Source of the DNA: Lingula anatina
Taxonomy: Eukaryota; Animalia; Brachiopoda
Assembly: GCA_051362555.1 (NCBI GenBank)
Contig: CM120649.1
Span: 15,700,567-15,764,566, forward strand
Reading direction: 5' to 3'
DNA: 64,000 nt
Made by a program: the position numbers and the translations under genes. Positions 1 to 13,318 of the stretch are shown here, one piece after another (the first letter of the stretch is position 1; every line of letters starts with the position of its first letter). The notes under the pieces are model-generated. The model saw only the letters and a list, made by a program, of their open reading frames with translations. It had not been told where the DNA came from and did not search any database.

Positions 1-2170
1 AAAAAATATTTATTTTGATATAAAAACATATAAAATTTGCCATTTAAAAGAAAAAAGCAAATAGCCAATTTATAATGACAGTTTCACAATCATGCAAAGG
101 TACACATCAAGTTAGTTTGAATTAAAGTTTTAATTAAAAGTGATTACAATCCAAACATAGTATTCCTAAAGTACTCATTAAAACACAGAAAAAATAGTCG
201 TCATACATCCTTTCGTGTAAAAAGTGAGTCTAGTTTTCTTATGACTTATTTGTAAACACGCATTATGAATTATGAACATAAAAACATACATGTAAACATT
301 TGTTGCATTGACAACATTTCAATGATTTAAATGACATATTTAAAAGTAATAATGATATCCCACATTAGATACAATCATTGTATAACCAAATAATTTAAAT
401 GTAGACCCATGTATTTCAGTAAAATGCTTTATTAAAAATTCAAAACTAGATATTTTATACCACATAAAACGTAAATATTAAAAAAATCATGCTTATCACT
501 TATCTAATCAAGATTATCTATGTGATTAAAGTGTTCGAACTTTAAAAAAATATATCATATATATTTTTTAAAGGTTATATTGAATAAAAGAGGATTTAAA
601 ACATACACAATTTTTGTTTGGATAAAGCAAATAAATAAGATACTATGTCTGCTTTCCTTTTTGTAAATGGCATGACTTTTTTGCATTGATAATAACTGTA
701 TATAAAGTGACAATTATGAAAAAATTAGCATGTGCCGAATGGTTTAGAATGTAAATACACGTATTTTATCATGAGAGTCTGTCAGTAATTACAATTAATA
801 TTTTGATAATGTATAAACAATTGGATTTGAAAGACATGCTAATTATACAAGATGCTTATACATATTTTAAAAATATACGTATTTAAATGACTTGGACGTT
901 AAACATAATATACCAGCTATATCTTAAGAAAATATAAATCTTTCAAGCCGCAATTTGGATAAAACAAAAATATTGTTCTGCATTGATAATATTTGAAGTG
1001 ACAAGTTTGAAAATAATAAACCATATCCCACGTAATACACAAACATCATGTGTCGAATGGCTTTAAACAGAAATATTCTATCACTGTTGAAAAACGTGAT
1101 TCTCATCTTAACAGGTGTGTTAATACTGTGTTTTGGCATTATTAGGAAAAATATGACCTAAATTCCACACTTGGTCAGTGGCATGTACGCCATGAGTATT
1201 ATTGAACTTTTTCCTTTTACAGGAGCACACTCCCTCACCTACTGTAGAAAAATATATGCTGTTTATAAAATAACAAATAGGTCCTATATTTATGTACGTT
1301 GTCGGTGCTTTATCAAGTTCTGGAACGCTCTCTTCCTTAGTGTGAATAGAATAATGTATATAATATATGTGTGGATGGACCTTTTCCTCTGTGTCAGGCC
1401 TACATATATGTATAAATCTCCATCAATATACTAAATACTTTAACAATATATGTTGCTTTTGCTTTTCTTGTATCGGTAACTGGGTTAATGATATTAAATT
1501 CGGAAAGATGTTGCTTTTGGTGATGAAGAGGAGAGAATGGAAAATACCTTATAATAGATGACTTATTTCACAAAAAAAAGGAACATTTTCACCTTTCCCT
1601 TTTACTGTCAAACTTACTACTATTGCCACAACAGACAAGTTTAACATGAAACGTTGACTTTAACTATATCAATAACTGATCCTAATCGATAACTGCAATG
1701 ATGAAAAGCAGCAGTTCTGGACCGAAAAAAAAATGTAGAAAGGATGGATCTGTACAGATGTTACCCACGACACAATATTGTTGCTAAGTGACAATGCACA
1801 TGTTGTCAAGTTGCCGCGTGCGGTGGTGAGTGATGACGTTACCACGTGTGTTTCGTTCTTGTGAACTCGTCAGGTGGGCTTGACAGTCCAATTCGAAATA
1901 ACAAGAACTGTAATTAAGTGAATATACATAAATATATTCAAATTCTGGTAATGCATTTGCAGACAAATTAAATCAATTGTTGATAATTTAGCGAAAAAGT
2001 ACCGTCTACTTTAGCTTCAAACTGTTCCGTTTTAAGTGGTTTGTCTAAAATACGGGATATAGGGTTATCAAAATAAATCTAAATAATTCAACCTTGAGAT
2101 ATTTTGGAAATCAAAAGTCCAACAAATGGCTTCAATGATAAATGTAAGATGTAAAATTTGAATACTTTGA

Positions 2171-4892
2171 TCATGCCAAAAACGCCTTCACGGTGCCACG
2201 AATAGCACTCCTGCAGATGGGACAATTGGAAAGTGCGGGCGCGCACGTGGTACAACACACGAGGTGGGCACACGGCAACAGAACAACAGACGAGTCATCA
2301 TCCATGCATACCTTGCACATTCTCTGGTCTTTTAACTCAGCGTTTTCCTTTCTTATCTTGTCTGCTGTAGCGGGACTCTCCTTTTCTTTATTTGGGGCTT
2401 TAGGGCTTACATTTTTGGGCTTTTCTGTCTTCTTCCTGTTTTTAGCGGAATTTTGGTTAGAGGTTTGATTAGCTGAAGCGCCTACACTTTCGTTTTGCTG
2501 ACTATTTTGCGCCGCCCTCTTCTCTTCCTCCTCAATGTCTAATAAACCTTCTATGAAAGTTTGCAAATTGGGGAAATCGTCTCCCGTGGTTCTCAGACGC
2601 TTTTCTATCGTTTTTCTCACCAAGTCACGTGAGTACCCCATCTCAATAACTTTCTGAGCAGCGGGTGTGTCTAGCCTAGCCTTTATCTCGCGCGCTTCTA
2701 CGTGAAATGAACTACCATTATTTGCATTCTGCTGAGCCACTCCCCTAATGAACGCTACACCCTTGCATTGTTTAACAAACCCACACCTAGGAAACCATCG
2801 CGCATGCTCAGTCCATACGTCATCCTGGGGTTCCCAGTTTCTAAGACCTCCGCTACAGAAGAAACATTTTACATTGTCCCCAAACCCTGCATAAAAGAAC
2901 CCGGATGTAGCTAATTCTCTCGGCGTTTGTTTCTTATCTATGGGCCACGTGCGGAAGGTGTTTATCCTGTTCTGTTCTAAAGCATATTCTGGATGTTTTG
3001 GTCTGTCCGTTACTATGGGATTATCTTCTATCAGATTATCTAAAATTATACCTCTTTGAAAACCACGAGAACCGTTCTCTGAACCAGGGACGCTGCTTTG
3101 AGAATTTCTAGTAACATTATTTTGGGTTGATACACCTCTATCTAAGTTATAAGAAAAATTACTTGAGCTAAAATGTGGGCGATTGTTAGACTCTATATTA
3201 CGCTGGCTCTGTTGTACGAAGGAGCAATTAGGAAAGTGTCTGGCGTGTTTGTCAAAGGCGCGGTCCCCCCTCTCCCAGTTTCTGATCATTCCGTCACAGA
3301 AGGCGCACTTCACCATGTCCTCAACGTTCACGTAGAAGAAGCCGGCTCGAGCGAGGTCTGCCGGTCGAACGGGACACGTAGTGGGAAAACTAGAATTAAA
3401 GGAATATAGGGGTTAAATCGCGAAATTGAAAATCAACAGGAACTTGATAAATCAAAAGGGTTACTTTTAAATGAAGAGATTATTTTTGAAAGATGACTTA
3501 AAATTATTATTTATGAAAGACTAGATTGAAACATCTCTAAAATATTTATTTGTTTCACATCTACCCGCATTTGTTATGAATCATCAATATATGTAAAACC
3601 AAGTATACAAAAATATATTAAAAAATTGCAATAAGCTAGGCATGTGGTAAACGGGGTTTTAAAATTAGAATTATACCAACACTTTGAAATAAAATGGTAA
3701 AAGATTTCGGAGAATGATTTATATATAGAAAACATCGATATGTCCTTATAGTGTTAGAACTGAGAATTAATCATTAGGATGAGTTATATTCAGAAAAAGC
3801 ATAAGGCCTTATTTCTTGCTTATAAATATTAAGACATACATGTAAGTAAAGCAAAGGCATCCTGTATATAATACTAATTTCAATTTAAAATAATTCTCCT
3901 TCTCTCCATCTTCCTCTCATCCGCATCTCTGCTGTAGAATAGTCTATAATATCGAGATCAGTATGAAAATTACTCACTTTATTAATAATATATCCGCTAT
4001 CTTATCGTGCATGCAAAGGCAAGTCCAGCGGCAATAACCGTCAGAAAGTGCTATAGGTGATTCAATGACATGGGAGTGAACCTTTGGAGTGAATCTTTTT
4101 CGCAGACCCCAAACTTGCATAATTGCCCTTCATAGCTTAGCAAGAAAGCAGGCATAGTTTAGAAAAAAAGGCCGAATCAGGTGGAGACCATCTCGATGGA
4201 GAAAAAAAAACCCCGCTTGATATTTAATAAATGTTGATGGATTTTGTAGCAAAGCGAGACATTATTACTCACCTTTGAAAAGTCGCCAGTCTTGTAAGTT
4301 CGTCTCGCATAGAATCAGCATGAGAGCTGTCTTCATGGTTAAGATGACTCTGGAGAGGAACTGGACTTGGAGACTGTCTACTTATTGGCGTAGTATTGTT
4401 AGCAGCCGCGGCGGCGTTGTCTGGCTCATCTAAGTCTGTGCGTCTTGTTTGAAATCGGGATTGTGTTGTGGATTGCGTTAGAGAAGACAATGGCCGCCTG
4501 CTGTCTAGTGCATCAGCTACAGCGCGTATCTGCTGTGTGGATGAAGTCGTTTTGTTATCGGTTGGTGCCATAATCGGGACGTTGTTTTCATCTTGTCCAA
4601 GTATATGTAAACAATGAGGAGATAGCGCTGAGTGTTTCTTAAAAGGATTGTCTCCGATCTTCCAGTCTTTTATCACTACACGACAGCTATAACAGCGCAC
4701 CTCTTCCCCTCTTCCCATATAAAAGAACCCTGCTTTCGCGAGGCGTGTAGGTGATGCGCTAGTTACAGCAGACGACAAATCCTTGTAAGACAGTAAACGC
4801 CCGACTTCAAACTGGTACTCCTTTTCTGTGTTCCTTCTTCCTCCTCTGTGCTTCAGTTTAGTATCTTCATACGCCGAAAGACCGAGTGCCAT
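2171..4892 (-). CDS. Inhibitor of apoptosis protein (BIR1-BIR2-BIR3-UBA-RING, cIAP/DIAP2-like), about 612 aa; coding exons 4892-4273 and 3389-2171
   Basis: Three BIR motifs (RLLSY..LAKAGFFY..VRCYSC..W..H..C; RLATF..LARAGFFY..VKCAFC..W..HARHFPNC; RINTF..LATSGFFY..VKCFFC..W..HARWFPRC), a UBA-like segment (VIEMGYSRDLV) and a C-terminal RING (CKVCMD..LLPCAHLVCCTTCA..CPICR). Donor AG|GTGAGT at 4273 and acceptor ttctag| at 3389 join in phase 2, giving RLATFQSFPTTCPVRPADLARAGFFY. No CARD seen. Orthology not resolvable by eye. Confidence 0.96.
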
Positions 4893-6482
4893 TTACAAGC
4901 AGTAAAAATGTGCATTAAATATTTTACGACTTAGAAATTTAAGAAAGTTTTCCGTACATGAAATATTCCTTCAAACAACGGTTTGTTCCCTGCCTGTCTC
5001 CCTCCTTCTCTCGCCACTACTACTACTGCACCAAAAAATAAAAAGAAATAATAATATATTAATCTATTTAGAATCTAAAATCCATATAATACATGTATAT
5101 GTTCACTACACTTAATAATTAAAATACAAAGTTAAAGAATTGTTTTAATTAAAAAACAATGGTGTGAAAAGTAAAGAAAAAAGTACAATTATTATGTTCT
5201 GTAAAATATAAAACGCCCAATCATTAATTTGTTTAAACAGAGAAGTTTTCAGTTCTTTTTTTAATCATCTGCTCTGCGTTTCTTAGTCCTGATGGTAATT
5301 AAGTGATTGCATTCGTACGAGGCTGCTTATACAAATTAGTTTTTCTCCAAACGTCTTATTGTTGATAAGTTGATATTGATATCAGTGGTCTGTATTTTAA
5401 CTTACCAAATTAATATTCGATATTAGACCAGCATAATCAATTTTCGGATTCCGCGAAGTCTCTTTCATTGTATTTTTTAAAACTGGTCCAAGATGATCTT
5501 TTAATCTTTATAAAAAGACATTATTTCTTAATATAGAAAATAATTTATTCTCTGGTAATTTCACAATTTTCCATCATTCACCTATATGTAACCTAACCAA
5601 TACCGTTGAGAAATTTGCGATCTGTGCATGTGTCCGGTTTCCAGTCATATTTTTTCTTGGAAAGTCTCCATTAAAGAAATTACTCAAAAAATTTAGAACA
5701 CATCGAGTTGCAAAATGTCGGAAGAAACAAAGAAGGAAGGAAATGAAATTAGATATAAGACCTGCTTGGCTGAGCTACACTTAAGCACGGGTTAATAGAT
5801 CATGATTTTGACAACGAGATTAGAGTATGATTAAGGTAAAAATATCGATATCCCCAGGTTGGTTCTCTTTATAAATTTATAGCGTCAATCGTGTGCCTTG
5901 GGCATATGAGGATATGAAACCAAAGACCGTCAGCTGATGAGTGAGATCGTACCCAAGATTTGTTGACTCTTTAATGAACAGTTGCGGTTTTCACACATGA
6001 CAACAAATAAAAATTTCCTTCCTTTCGCTTCCCAGAAGAACTTTTAAGTGGCATCAGGATTTTTAGGGGGTATTTTTATCTGATTAGGCCTACCCTGTCC
6101 TTGATTTTCGACGATGTCACTTATGAGTAGTATTCGTTGTTAAAATTTACCTCTCAGGCCAGCGTTTTATTATATTTAATGGAAGGAGAGCCATTTAGTA
6201 AGTGGCTGGCGGATTTCCATATTCATTGTGCGTTTGAATAGGCCTATACAGTTCATTACATAGCTTCATTATTCTTTCGTTATTACTCTGTGGATGGTCC
6301 AAAACTCCGCAGGAGCTGAATATTAAGTGAGTAAGCCTCACATTGAGATAATCTCATGTTTTTATCAAAAATCACCAAAGTTTCATTAAATATTTATGCA
6401 TTGATCACAAGGGGCAATTGAATTTGAACAGGAATTAAATATGGATTTCTCAGCAAAATAACAACTTGCTATATTTAGAAAA

Positions 6483-6654
6483 GGGGAATCCCACCCCCTA
6501 TTGCGCGTTGGTTATTTTATGACGGAATTTTCCATCACGCAAAACCCCACATGCTCACTGGAATATTTCCCCTATGGCTTAAAATAAAGCTCTTAATAAT
6601 GATCCTTGACAGACACATTATTTTTTACCGTCACGCAGAAAAAATAGTGAGTCA
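6483..6654. promoter_or_regulatory. NF-kB/AP-1 motif cluster in predicted IAP intron 1
   Basis: GGGGAATCCC (6483-6492), GGAATTTTCC (6524-6533), GGAATATTTCCCC (about 6560-6572), TGAGTCA (6648-6654) within about 170 bp. Confidence 0.55.
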
Positions 6655-7098
6655 TGCTTCTTATACACAATGTGTTTTTTCCATTTCAGAGCAGTTTAAC
6701 CTCAATGCATTTTCGGGAGATTTACCGTATAATAGAATTAGGATTTTCGTATTTCGTATTTCTTATAGTGAAAACAAATATATATAATTAAATGCTAATT
6801 CAAATACTTCCTTCACGCAGTTAATACATTTCAGTAAAATTTAATAGTAACAAAAATTAAAAACCATAGATTATAATATCCACGACACGGACTTGGGTTA
6901 TTCTCAGCGCTACATTTCTTAAATAAATAATAAATAAATGAAGATGAGTATGTAGACTGAATCTAAATTCAATGGTGAATATGTTCAAATAAATGAGGTC
7001 ATCAGATATCATTATCGATCTTCTTGACCAGAACAATCTACAAGTTCTAAATATAGACCAGATCGGCCATAAAGTAAGCGCGTGCCAATACTCTGTGA

Positions 7099-7103
<5 letters not shown>

Positions 7104-7167
<64 letters not shown>
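7104..7167. repeat. (TA)n microsatellite
   Basis: Pure TA run immediately inside the predicted IAP intron 1. Confidence 0.97.
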
Positions 7168-7168
<1 letters not shown>

Positions 7169-7178
7169 TTGTACATAC

Positions 7179-7305
7179 CCACCAAACTCCAGAATTCATC
7201 GTCCGCTGTAACTAGTGCACCAGCATAATGCATGGTATCCGAGCTGAAATCGACTTTTATATACGCCCTTTACACAAGCTATTAAATTAACACTGGAAAT
7301 TCCCC
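7179..7305 (-). promoter_or_regulatory. Probable IAP promoter and non-coding first exon (kB site - TATA - exon 1 - donor)
   Basis: Minus strand: consensus kB site GGGGAATTTCC (7305-7295), TATATAAAAG (7263-7254), about 55 nt of exon ending at donor GG|GTATGT (7179). Matching acceptor ttttttggtgcag| at 5025, upstream of the IAP ATG (4892). Confidence 0.7.
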
Positions 7306-8073
7306 AAAGCAGCGTGCTTTTTCAAGGTAAGGTCCAAGGTACAGTGTATATTGCATCCTCAACACGGGCCACATTTAAAGACCCTGGCATGTGGAGTAAT
7401 AAGGTCGTGTTTACAGACCCCTGTTGTATTGCATAGGTTTGAATTGCAGATGAACACCCTGATATTGGAGGTATCCCAGTCGTTGCTTCATTTCTCAGGC
7501 TAATGGCAGCACTCGTAGTTAGTGTCACGTCACTAAGATTTGGTGTGTCTAAGTGGCCCGTATGGAGTAATGTCCATGAAAAGCACGACCGTCGTATTGC
7601 ATTGTGATTGCATAAGTATGTTTCAACACTTAACGATAGCTGCACTTTGAAATTGAGCAGTGTGAATGAGACATGACCTTAACATCCAGGAATGTAAAAT
7701 AACCACATCCACATGTGTCAGGAGAAAAGTCATGGTTTCTTATCACAATCCCTCTCTTGTTCGCATTTTCGGTCGTTGACGATGTTGGGTGCGATCAGAC
7801 GTGTGGTTGACATAGCAACATCAAGTAAGGGTCTGCCTCACAAGAACTATATCCGTGGTCTGATCTTTAAGACCGATCTTTTGAACTCTTTAACACAACA
7901 ATACAGCGACAATAAATTAGTACTGGCCCAATAAAAATATTGTGTCTGTAATAATTTAGCTTATTTAAGTGGACCACTGTAAGTTTATCTTGAACTAAAC
8001 AAGTTCAAATTGTTGACTTAATGTGAAGACTAATCTTGGGGCTATAGCTGTTTTGTGAACCCAAAACACGCAT

Positions 8074-9567
8074 TTAGTCATGACGGGCCCTTTTTCTTTG
8101 TATATCATAATAAACATCACCGTCGCCTTCCAATCTTCGCTCAACATCCTCATTATTGTTCCCATTTTCTAAAAGTGCTCTCTCCCGCGTGTCCTCACCA
8201 TTGCCCGGGTCTGAAATACAGACATATTCTTAAAACAAAATTGATCAAAGTAGTGCCCTGCTGTCTTTAAAATAAACTGTTAGAAATCAAGGATATACTG
8301 CTCAATGACAATAAAAAATAAACAATCAATGATATTTAACAAAGATCAGCATGGTACGGAAATATAATATAATATAATATAATATAATATAATATAATAT
8401 ATAATATAATAAGATGATATGAGTAGCGAGACCAAGTATTACAAAATTAGTTGCATAAAACCACTCTGAGTTTGAGAGGACACTCATCACTCTGCCATCA
8501 CCATGGGGTTATGAATACGACTAGTTTCAAGTAAACTACAAACACCTGTGAATGGTGCTTTGGGTATATTAGGATATGAGATCAAAGACCGTCAGCTGAG
8601 GGGTGAGATCGTGCCCAAGATTTGTTGACTCTTTAATGAACAGTTGCGGTTTTCACACATGGCAACTAATAAAATTCCCTTCCTTTCGCTTCTTCTTGCG
8701 AATATGGGGGATTTTTTTCGCGTCGAAATTAGTCAAGGTGACCAGAAGAGAATTCATTAAAACGCCCCTTCATAATTCTTCCTGGATACTAGTCCTGTAC
8801 GAATAATTTTATCAGTTACCAAACACCCCAGTAGTGTTGGCAATAAGTTTCCAAGAATGTAGATTTGACAAATGCTTACTTTGGCCTTGGCGTTCTGCTT
8901 GGCTCTCGTCTACGACCTCTCTTAACCTCAGGCCTTCTTCTATATTTACAACATTTTCTTCTGAATACATAAATAAAATGTTGGTTTAGGCGATCATTTC
9001 TATATTTATAGGCGTTTCAAATGAACCGTTAAAGATAAATTACTTCGATAACACCTATTTCAAGCTTAATATGATGTATAATTTTTTTTTCTGTCACAAC
9101 TGGAGAAACAATTAATATATATTAATACTGCTCTTCATTTAGTTTTGCACTCAGTGTTTTTGATCATCTATGTCCTTTCGATGAGAGAGAGGGAGAAAGA
9201 GAGAGCAATGAGAGAGGGAAGGGGAAAGGAAGGAAAAGTGGGATTATAAACGGAGGTAGGAAAGGAAAAGAAAAAGACACTGGGGAAAGACGGAAAGAGA
9301 AACAAAGAGAGAGAAAGAAACAGACCGAGGGAATGTACCGTCGCTTAGACCATCTTGGACTTGTACAGGAGGAGGGGTGTGTCCGGGCTGGTACCGGTAT
9401 AAAAATGAAGGAGCATTTTCATGAAGCTGCCCACCATTATTATGAGGTATTCTGCCAGTCCCGTTATTGGACCCATTTCGTCTTCTCTTTGGTCTTACAC
9501 TTTGTGATGTGGACGGGGCGTTCTCCTCACCCTTTCTTTCAGTTCCCGTGGCTCTTTGTGATGTCAT
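8074..9567 (-). CDS. Predicted orphan gene, about 148 aa hydrophilic, probably disordered protein; coding exons 9567-9339, 8960-8880, 8210-8074
   Basis: Acceptor attatttcag| 9579, ATG 9567, donor G|GTACAT 9339 (phase 1), acceptor gtattcag| 8960, donor A|GTAAGC 8880 (phase 1), acceptor gtatttcag| 8210, TAA 8076-8074. Phases agree and the joined frame has no stop. No recognised domain. Confidence 0.6.
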
Positions 9568-9789
9568 TCTCACAGTCAACTGAAATAATTCACAGAGTAA
9601 TATATAGGAGTGGAAGAAGCAAGTATAGTGGGATAACCTTTCTTGGTAATTTGTACTATAATTTTGTGCAGATATAATTTGTTGAAATGAAAATGGAAAT
9701 AAGTACAGTTTTTTTATACAACTTAGAGTCGACTACAAGTACATGTATAAGGTATACATTCACCAATCCATTGCCTCTCGCCCCATGTC

Positions 9790-9826
<37 letters not shown>

Positions 9827-10272
9827 CGCGCGCGCGCGCGGGCGCGCGCCTGCGTGTGATATTTTGTTCAGAGTCATTAGCCTCGATATTCCAAATACTG
9901 CATAGTCGTATATGTATGCCGCATATGGATAACATGATATATGGTAAATATAAAACACAGAGTATATATATCTGGGAAGAAGAAAAGATGGAACTAGATG
10001 ACACTGCAAGAGCGAAAATCTCCACCAGAAAATATCCATTACTGAGAAAGAAAACATACACTGTATGACAAGGGGAGATCCAAAACCCCTTTCCCTCCTG
10101 AATCCCTGTCTTGGCCCTATCCTGGAATTTTCAGCAAAATTTGTGAATAGGTTTTAGACTGAAAAACTGACAAACCATGGTCTGCGTAAAATAATAATAA
10201 CCTCCTACCATGTTAACGTTGGTATATGTAGGTGGGGGTGGTGGTGATGGGGAGGGGGGGGGGTAAACTATA

Positions 10273-11657
10273 CACACACTGGACAAAAGAAGTGTCACCC
10301 CTACTGAGCCAATACTATGGGGGAGATAAATGACTGTGGAATGATATGCTCCTGGTATCATTTTATTAACATCAAAATTCACAAAAAATCACAAATAAGA
10401 AAAAAATATACATTCTACCAAAATATGCAGTTTCAAGTCCAAAATTAGTACTTAGTGGCATAGCCACGTAACCTAATAATATGTGCCAGTCTACGAAGCA
10501 AGGTTTCATATAATTGTCTGATGCGTTCAGGGCTTATGCTGGCCCAAGCATGAAACACTGAATATAACAGAGTTTTTTTGCTGGTTAGACGGGCATTTGT
10601 AAAAAGTTTTGACATATCATTCAACACATTTTCTATTATGTTTGCATCCTGACTCTGGGCAGTCCACATCACCCTGCGAATGTCCTGTTGGTCAAACCAA
10701 TCATCAACTGCTCTGGGCCTGTGACAAGGAGCATTGTCATCCTGGTGAACAAATGGATAATTCCTGTCATCAAACATGTTAGTAATAGATGGTAGCAAGC
10801 CTGACTCCAAAACATCGATATATTTCTAGTGATTCATGTTTTCATTAACCACTATCAATTCGCCCAAGCCATGGATGCTGATGCAGCCCCACACCATGAT
10901 GAATATGCTGCTCCGGATTCGAAAATTCAGTGCATGTGGTTCAAATGCTTTACCAGCAGTTTGCCAGCATAGTACCCGTTTGTCATCAGAGGTCAGACCA
11001 AAGCGACACTCATCAGAAAAAATATATAGGACCAATTGTCCTGAACTGTCCAGTTCCAGATCCCGTTGACCCTAGTTTACTCTACGTTGCCTGTTTTGTA
11101 ACGATATAAGAGGTTTCAGTCTTGCTACCCTGCTGTACACTCTATGAGCATGTAACCGACGCCTAGCAATTTTCACAGACACATTCTTATGTGTGAAATT
11201 GTTCCACTGTGTTGTCAACTGACAAGCAGTGTCGAACTTTGACAACCTCGACATCAAAATCAGTAGTCGGTCTTCACGGCCAGTATTTTTTCTTGGACGA
11301 CTCATCAGAGGCAATTTGTCTCTTGATCCAGTGTTTCTGTACCGAGACCAGACCCTCTGCACGGTTTTGACTGAACAATTCAATTGTATCGATATTCTGA
11401 CATTGCTTATATTCCGCCTCTTCAGGTTAATAACTTGTACCTATAGCCGTTAGATAATTGCCTGTATCTTGCCATATTGGAGGAAGACAGGAATAACATT
11501 TGCTGTACATGTACAAGACCAACAATACAATTCCATGGTATAGCGGTTTTATACTCATTAGTCACACTATAAGTTGACCAGGCATTATAAGTACCCAAGA
11601 TCTGCCTACTTTTATTACTCTTAGTTAGGGGGTGACACTTCATTTGTCCAGTGTGTG
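10273..11657 (-). mobile_element. Tc1/mariner (Tc1-type) DNA transposon, full-length, transposase inactivated
   Basis: TIRs CACACACTGGACAAAAGAAGTGTCACCCC / GGGGTGACACTTCATTTGTCCAGTGTGTG flanked by TA. Transposase split over ORFs 11072-11383 (HTH region), 10826-11035 (IFSDECRF, MVWGCIS) and 10445-10810 (QDDNAPCH, SQDANIIEN, GYATKY) by stops and frameshifts. Confidence 0.95.
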
Positions 11658-12112
11658 TACATATATATCGATACTTTTTGCCACGTCTGTCGTCAATTCA
11701 CCATCGCCGTCTCTAAATTTGTTTCTAAAGGATTACCCCCCTACTATTCTGCAATAAATAAATAAATAAATAAATAGATAAATAAATAAAAACAATAACA
11801 CACATGCACCGGTCTCCACATTAACCGTCCATTATAACTAGTGCACCACCATGTCGCTCCATACAGGTCAGACAAACACAAGCAGCAGTTATCCTGCTCA
11901 GGCTGGCAGTGGTGCTTTCGCCCCCCTCCCCACCCCCAATGGTTCATACGGGTTTATTGCTGTATTATTTTCTCGGCCTTCACGTTAAAACAGTTTCCAG
12001 TACATATATCGGCTTGTTGTTTTATTCCCTGCTCTTACCACCTCCTCTGAAATGTAACTTTGTAATACAGGGTGACATTCACGCCATTTAGGAGTCTCTC
12101 TCACACCAGCCC

Positions 12113-12175
<63 letters not shown>

Positions 12176-12202
12176 CACCCGATTCCGTAATAGCAATCGC
12201 AC

Positions 12203-12356
12203 GGGAATTTATATGTAATGTGGAACTTTACACTGGAAATCCCCTTCAGTAAACACGGCAGTGTAAAACTTCGCCTACGCACATGCGATACTGCGGGGAT
12301 TTTCGATGGTTTGCTGCTTTGATTGGTGGGTATTATTGACGAAAGGAAAAAGTCCC
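12203..12356. promoter_or_regulatory. NF-kB motif cluster, array unit A
   Basis: GGGAATTT (12203), GGAAATCCCC (12235-12244), GGGGATTTTC (12295-12304), GGAAAAAGTCCC (12345-12356). Confidence 0.6.
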
Positions 12357-13318
12357 AATGCGTGCGTCATTTCATCAGAGTATAAGAAAAGGTGGACTAT
12401 GCCTTTAGTCTTATTCACATCTACGCTGCAGTCAACGAACGTACTTGCCTACAGTGCTAGTTAACTGAACACCCAATACTGGGTGATGTGAGGGTTTTTT
12501 ATGTTCAGATACATTAGTGCCTGTAGATACAGTGTCATCACCCATGTCTGGCTGCGTCCCTGAAGTCGGAGGGGGAGACGGAAACGTCGAAATTTCTTGT
12601 TTCAGCAAAGACTGTTGTTACCCTCTACCAGGGCCGCAGGTATTATTATGTGGATACTTCACAGTACAGAGATTAGACGTCTATTACACCAGAGACATAT
12701 CAGCGAATTTCTAGTAAAAAATCAATCTGCAGCCCTGGTAGAGGGTTACCATTTTGCCTTAACTAACCTTGATTTGTTCAAATCAAATTTTACATAGTTT
12801 TTCCTCTTCGGGATTTAGGCAGCTCCTCTCATTGTACATCAGCCTTTCAGTAGTAGTCTGGGATTCAGCTGTGAGGCTCCAAGTCTATTGCTGTATTATT
12901 TTCCCAGCCTTCATGTTTAAACTGTTCCCTGTGCACACATCGGCATGTTGTTTTTTTTCCTGCTTTTACCACCTCCTCTGAAATATAAAATTGAAATACA
13001 GGGTGAAATTCACGGCATTAAGGATTCCATCTGAAGGCCCCATCATCTCGGAATGGACAAGTGCGTAACTGTCATTAATTTTACCTCTTACGGAAAATTA
13101 AGAAGCACCACCCACACATACACACACAATCACAAAAATTAGGGGGAGTGTCCCCCAACCCCCACCCCACTCCCACCCCACTCCCGTACATTGTAAAATC
13201 TCCTTCAACACATCATTAAAAGATATAAAAACTTCAAATATGTGCAGTTTGTCTTGGAGGTCAAATAAAGTGAATAAGTATTCTGCACTGAATAAATAAA
13301 TATTAAACTTATACTAAC

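Larger units (their letters stand above)
5905..8690 (+). repeat. Dispersed direct repeat of about 125 bp, two copies (about 5905-6030 and 8571-8690)
   Basis: Near-identical aggatatga..caaagaccgtcagctga..gtgagatcgt.cccaagatttgttgactctttaatgaacagttgcggttttcacacatg..ccttcctttcgcttc in both places. Confidence 0.85.

Noticed and set aside
1240-1870. Possible start of another minus-strand gene (CpG/E-box patch at about 1810-1850, ATG at 1648 MLNLSVVAIV|gtaagt, donor at about 1240)
   Set aside because: Could not assemble a convincing phase-consistent model or recognise a product; may be IAP 3' UTR or flank.
7322-7645. 107-aa minus-strand ORF upstream of the IAP promoter
   Set aside because: Non-ATG start, no domain and no supporting splice sites identified.
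9355-9375. PVQVQDG in the orphan protein as a RHIM-like amyloid motif
   Set aside because: Does not match the (I/V)Q(I/V/L)G core.
12470-12485. Small hairpin CACCCA-ATAC-TGGGTG in array units as a miRNA or structured RNA
   Set aside because: Only a 6-bp stem and disrupted in units D and F; too short for a pre-miRNA.
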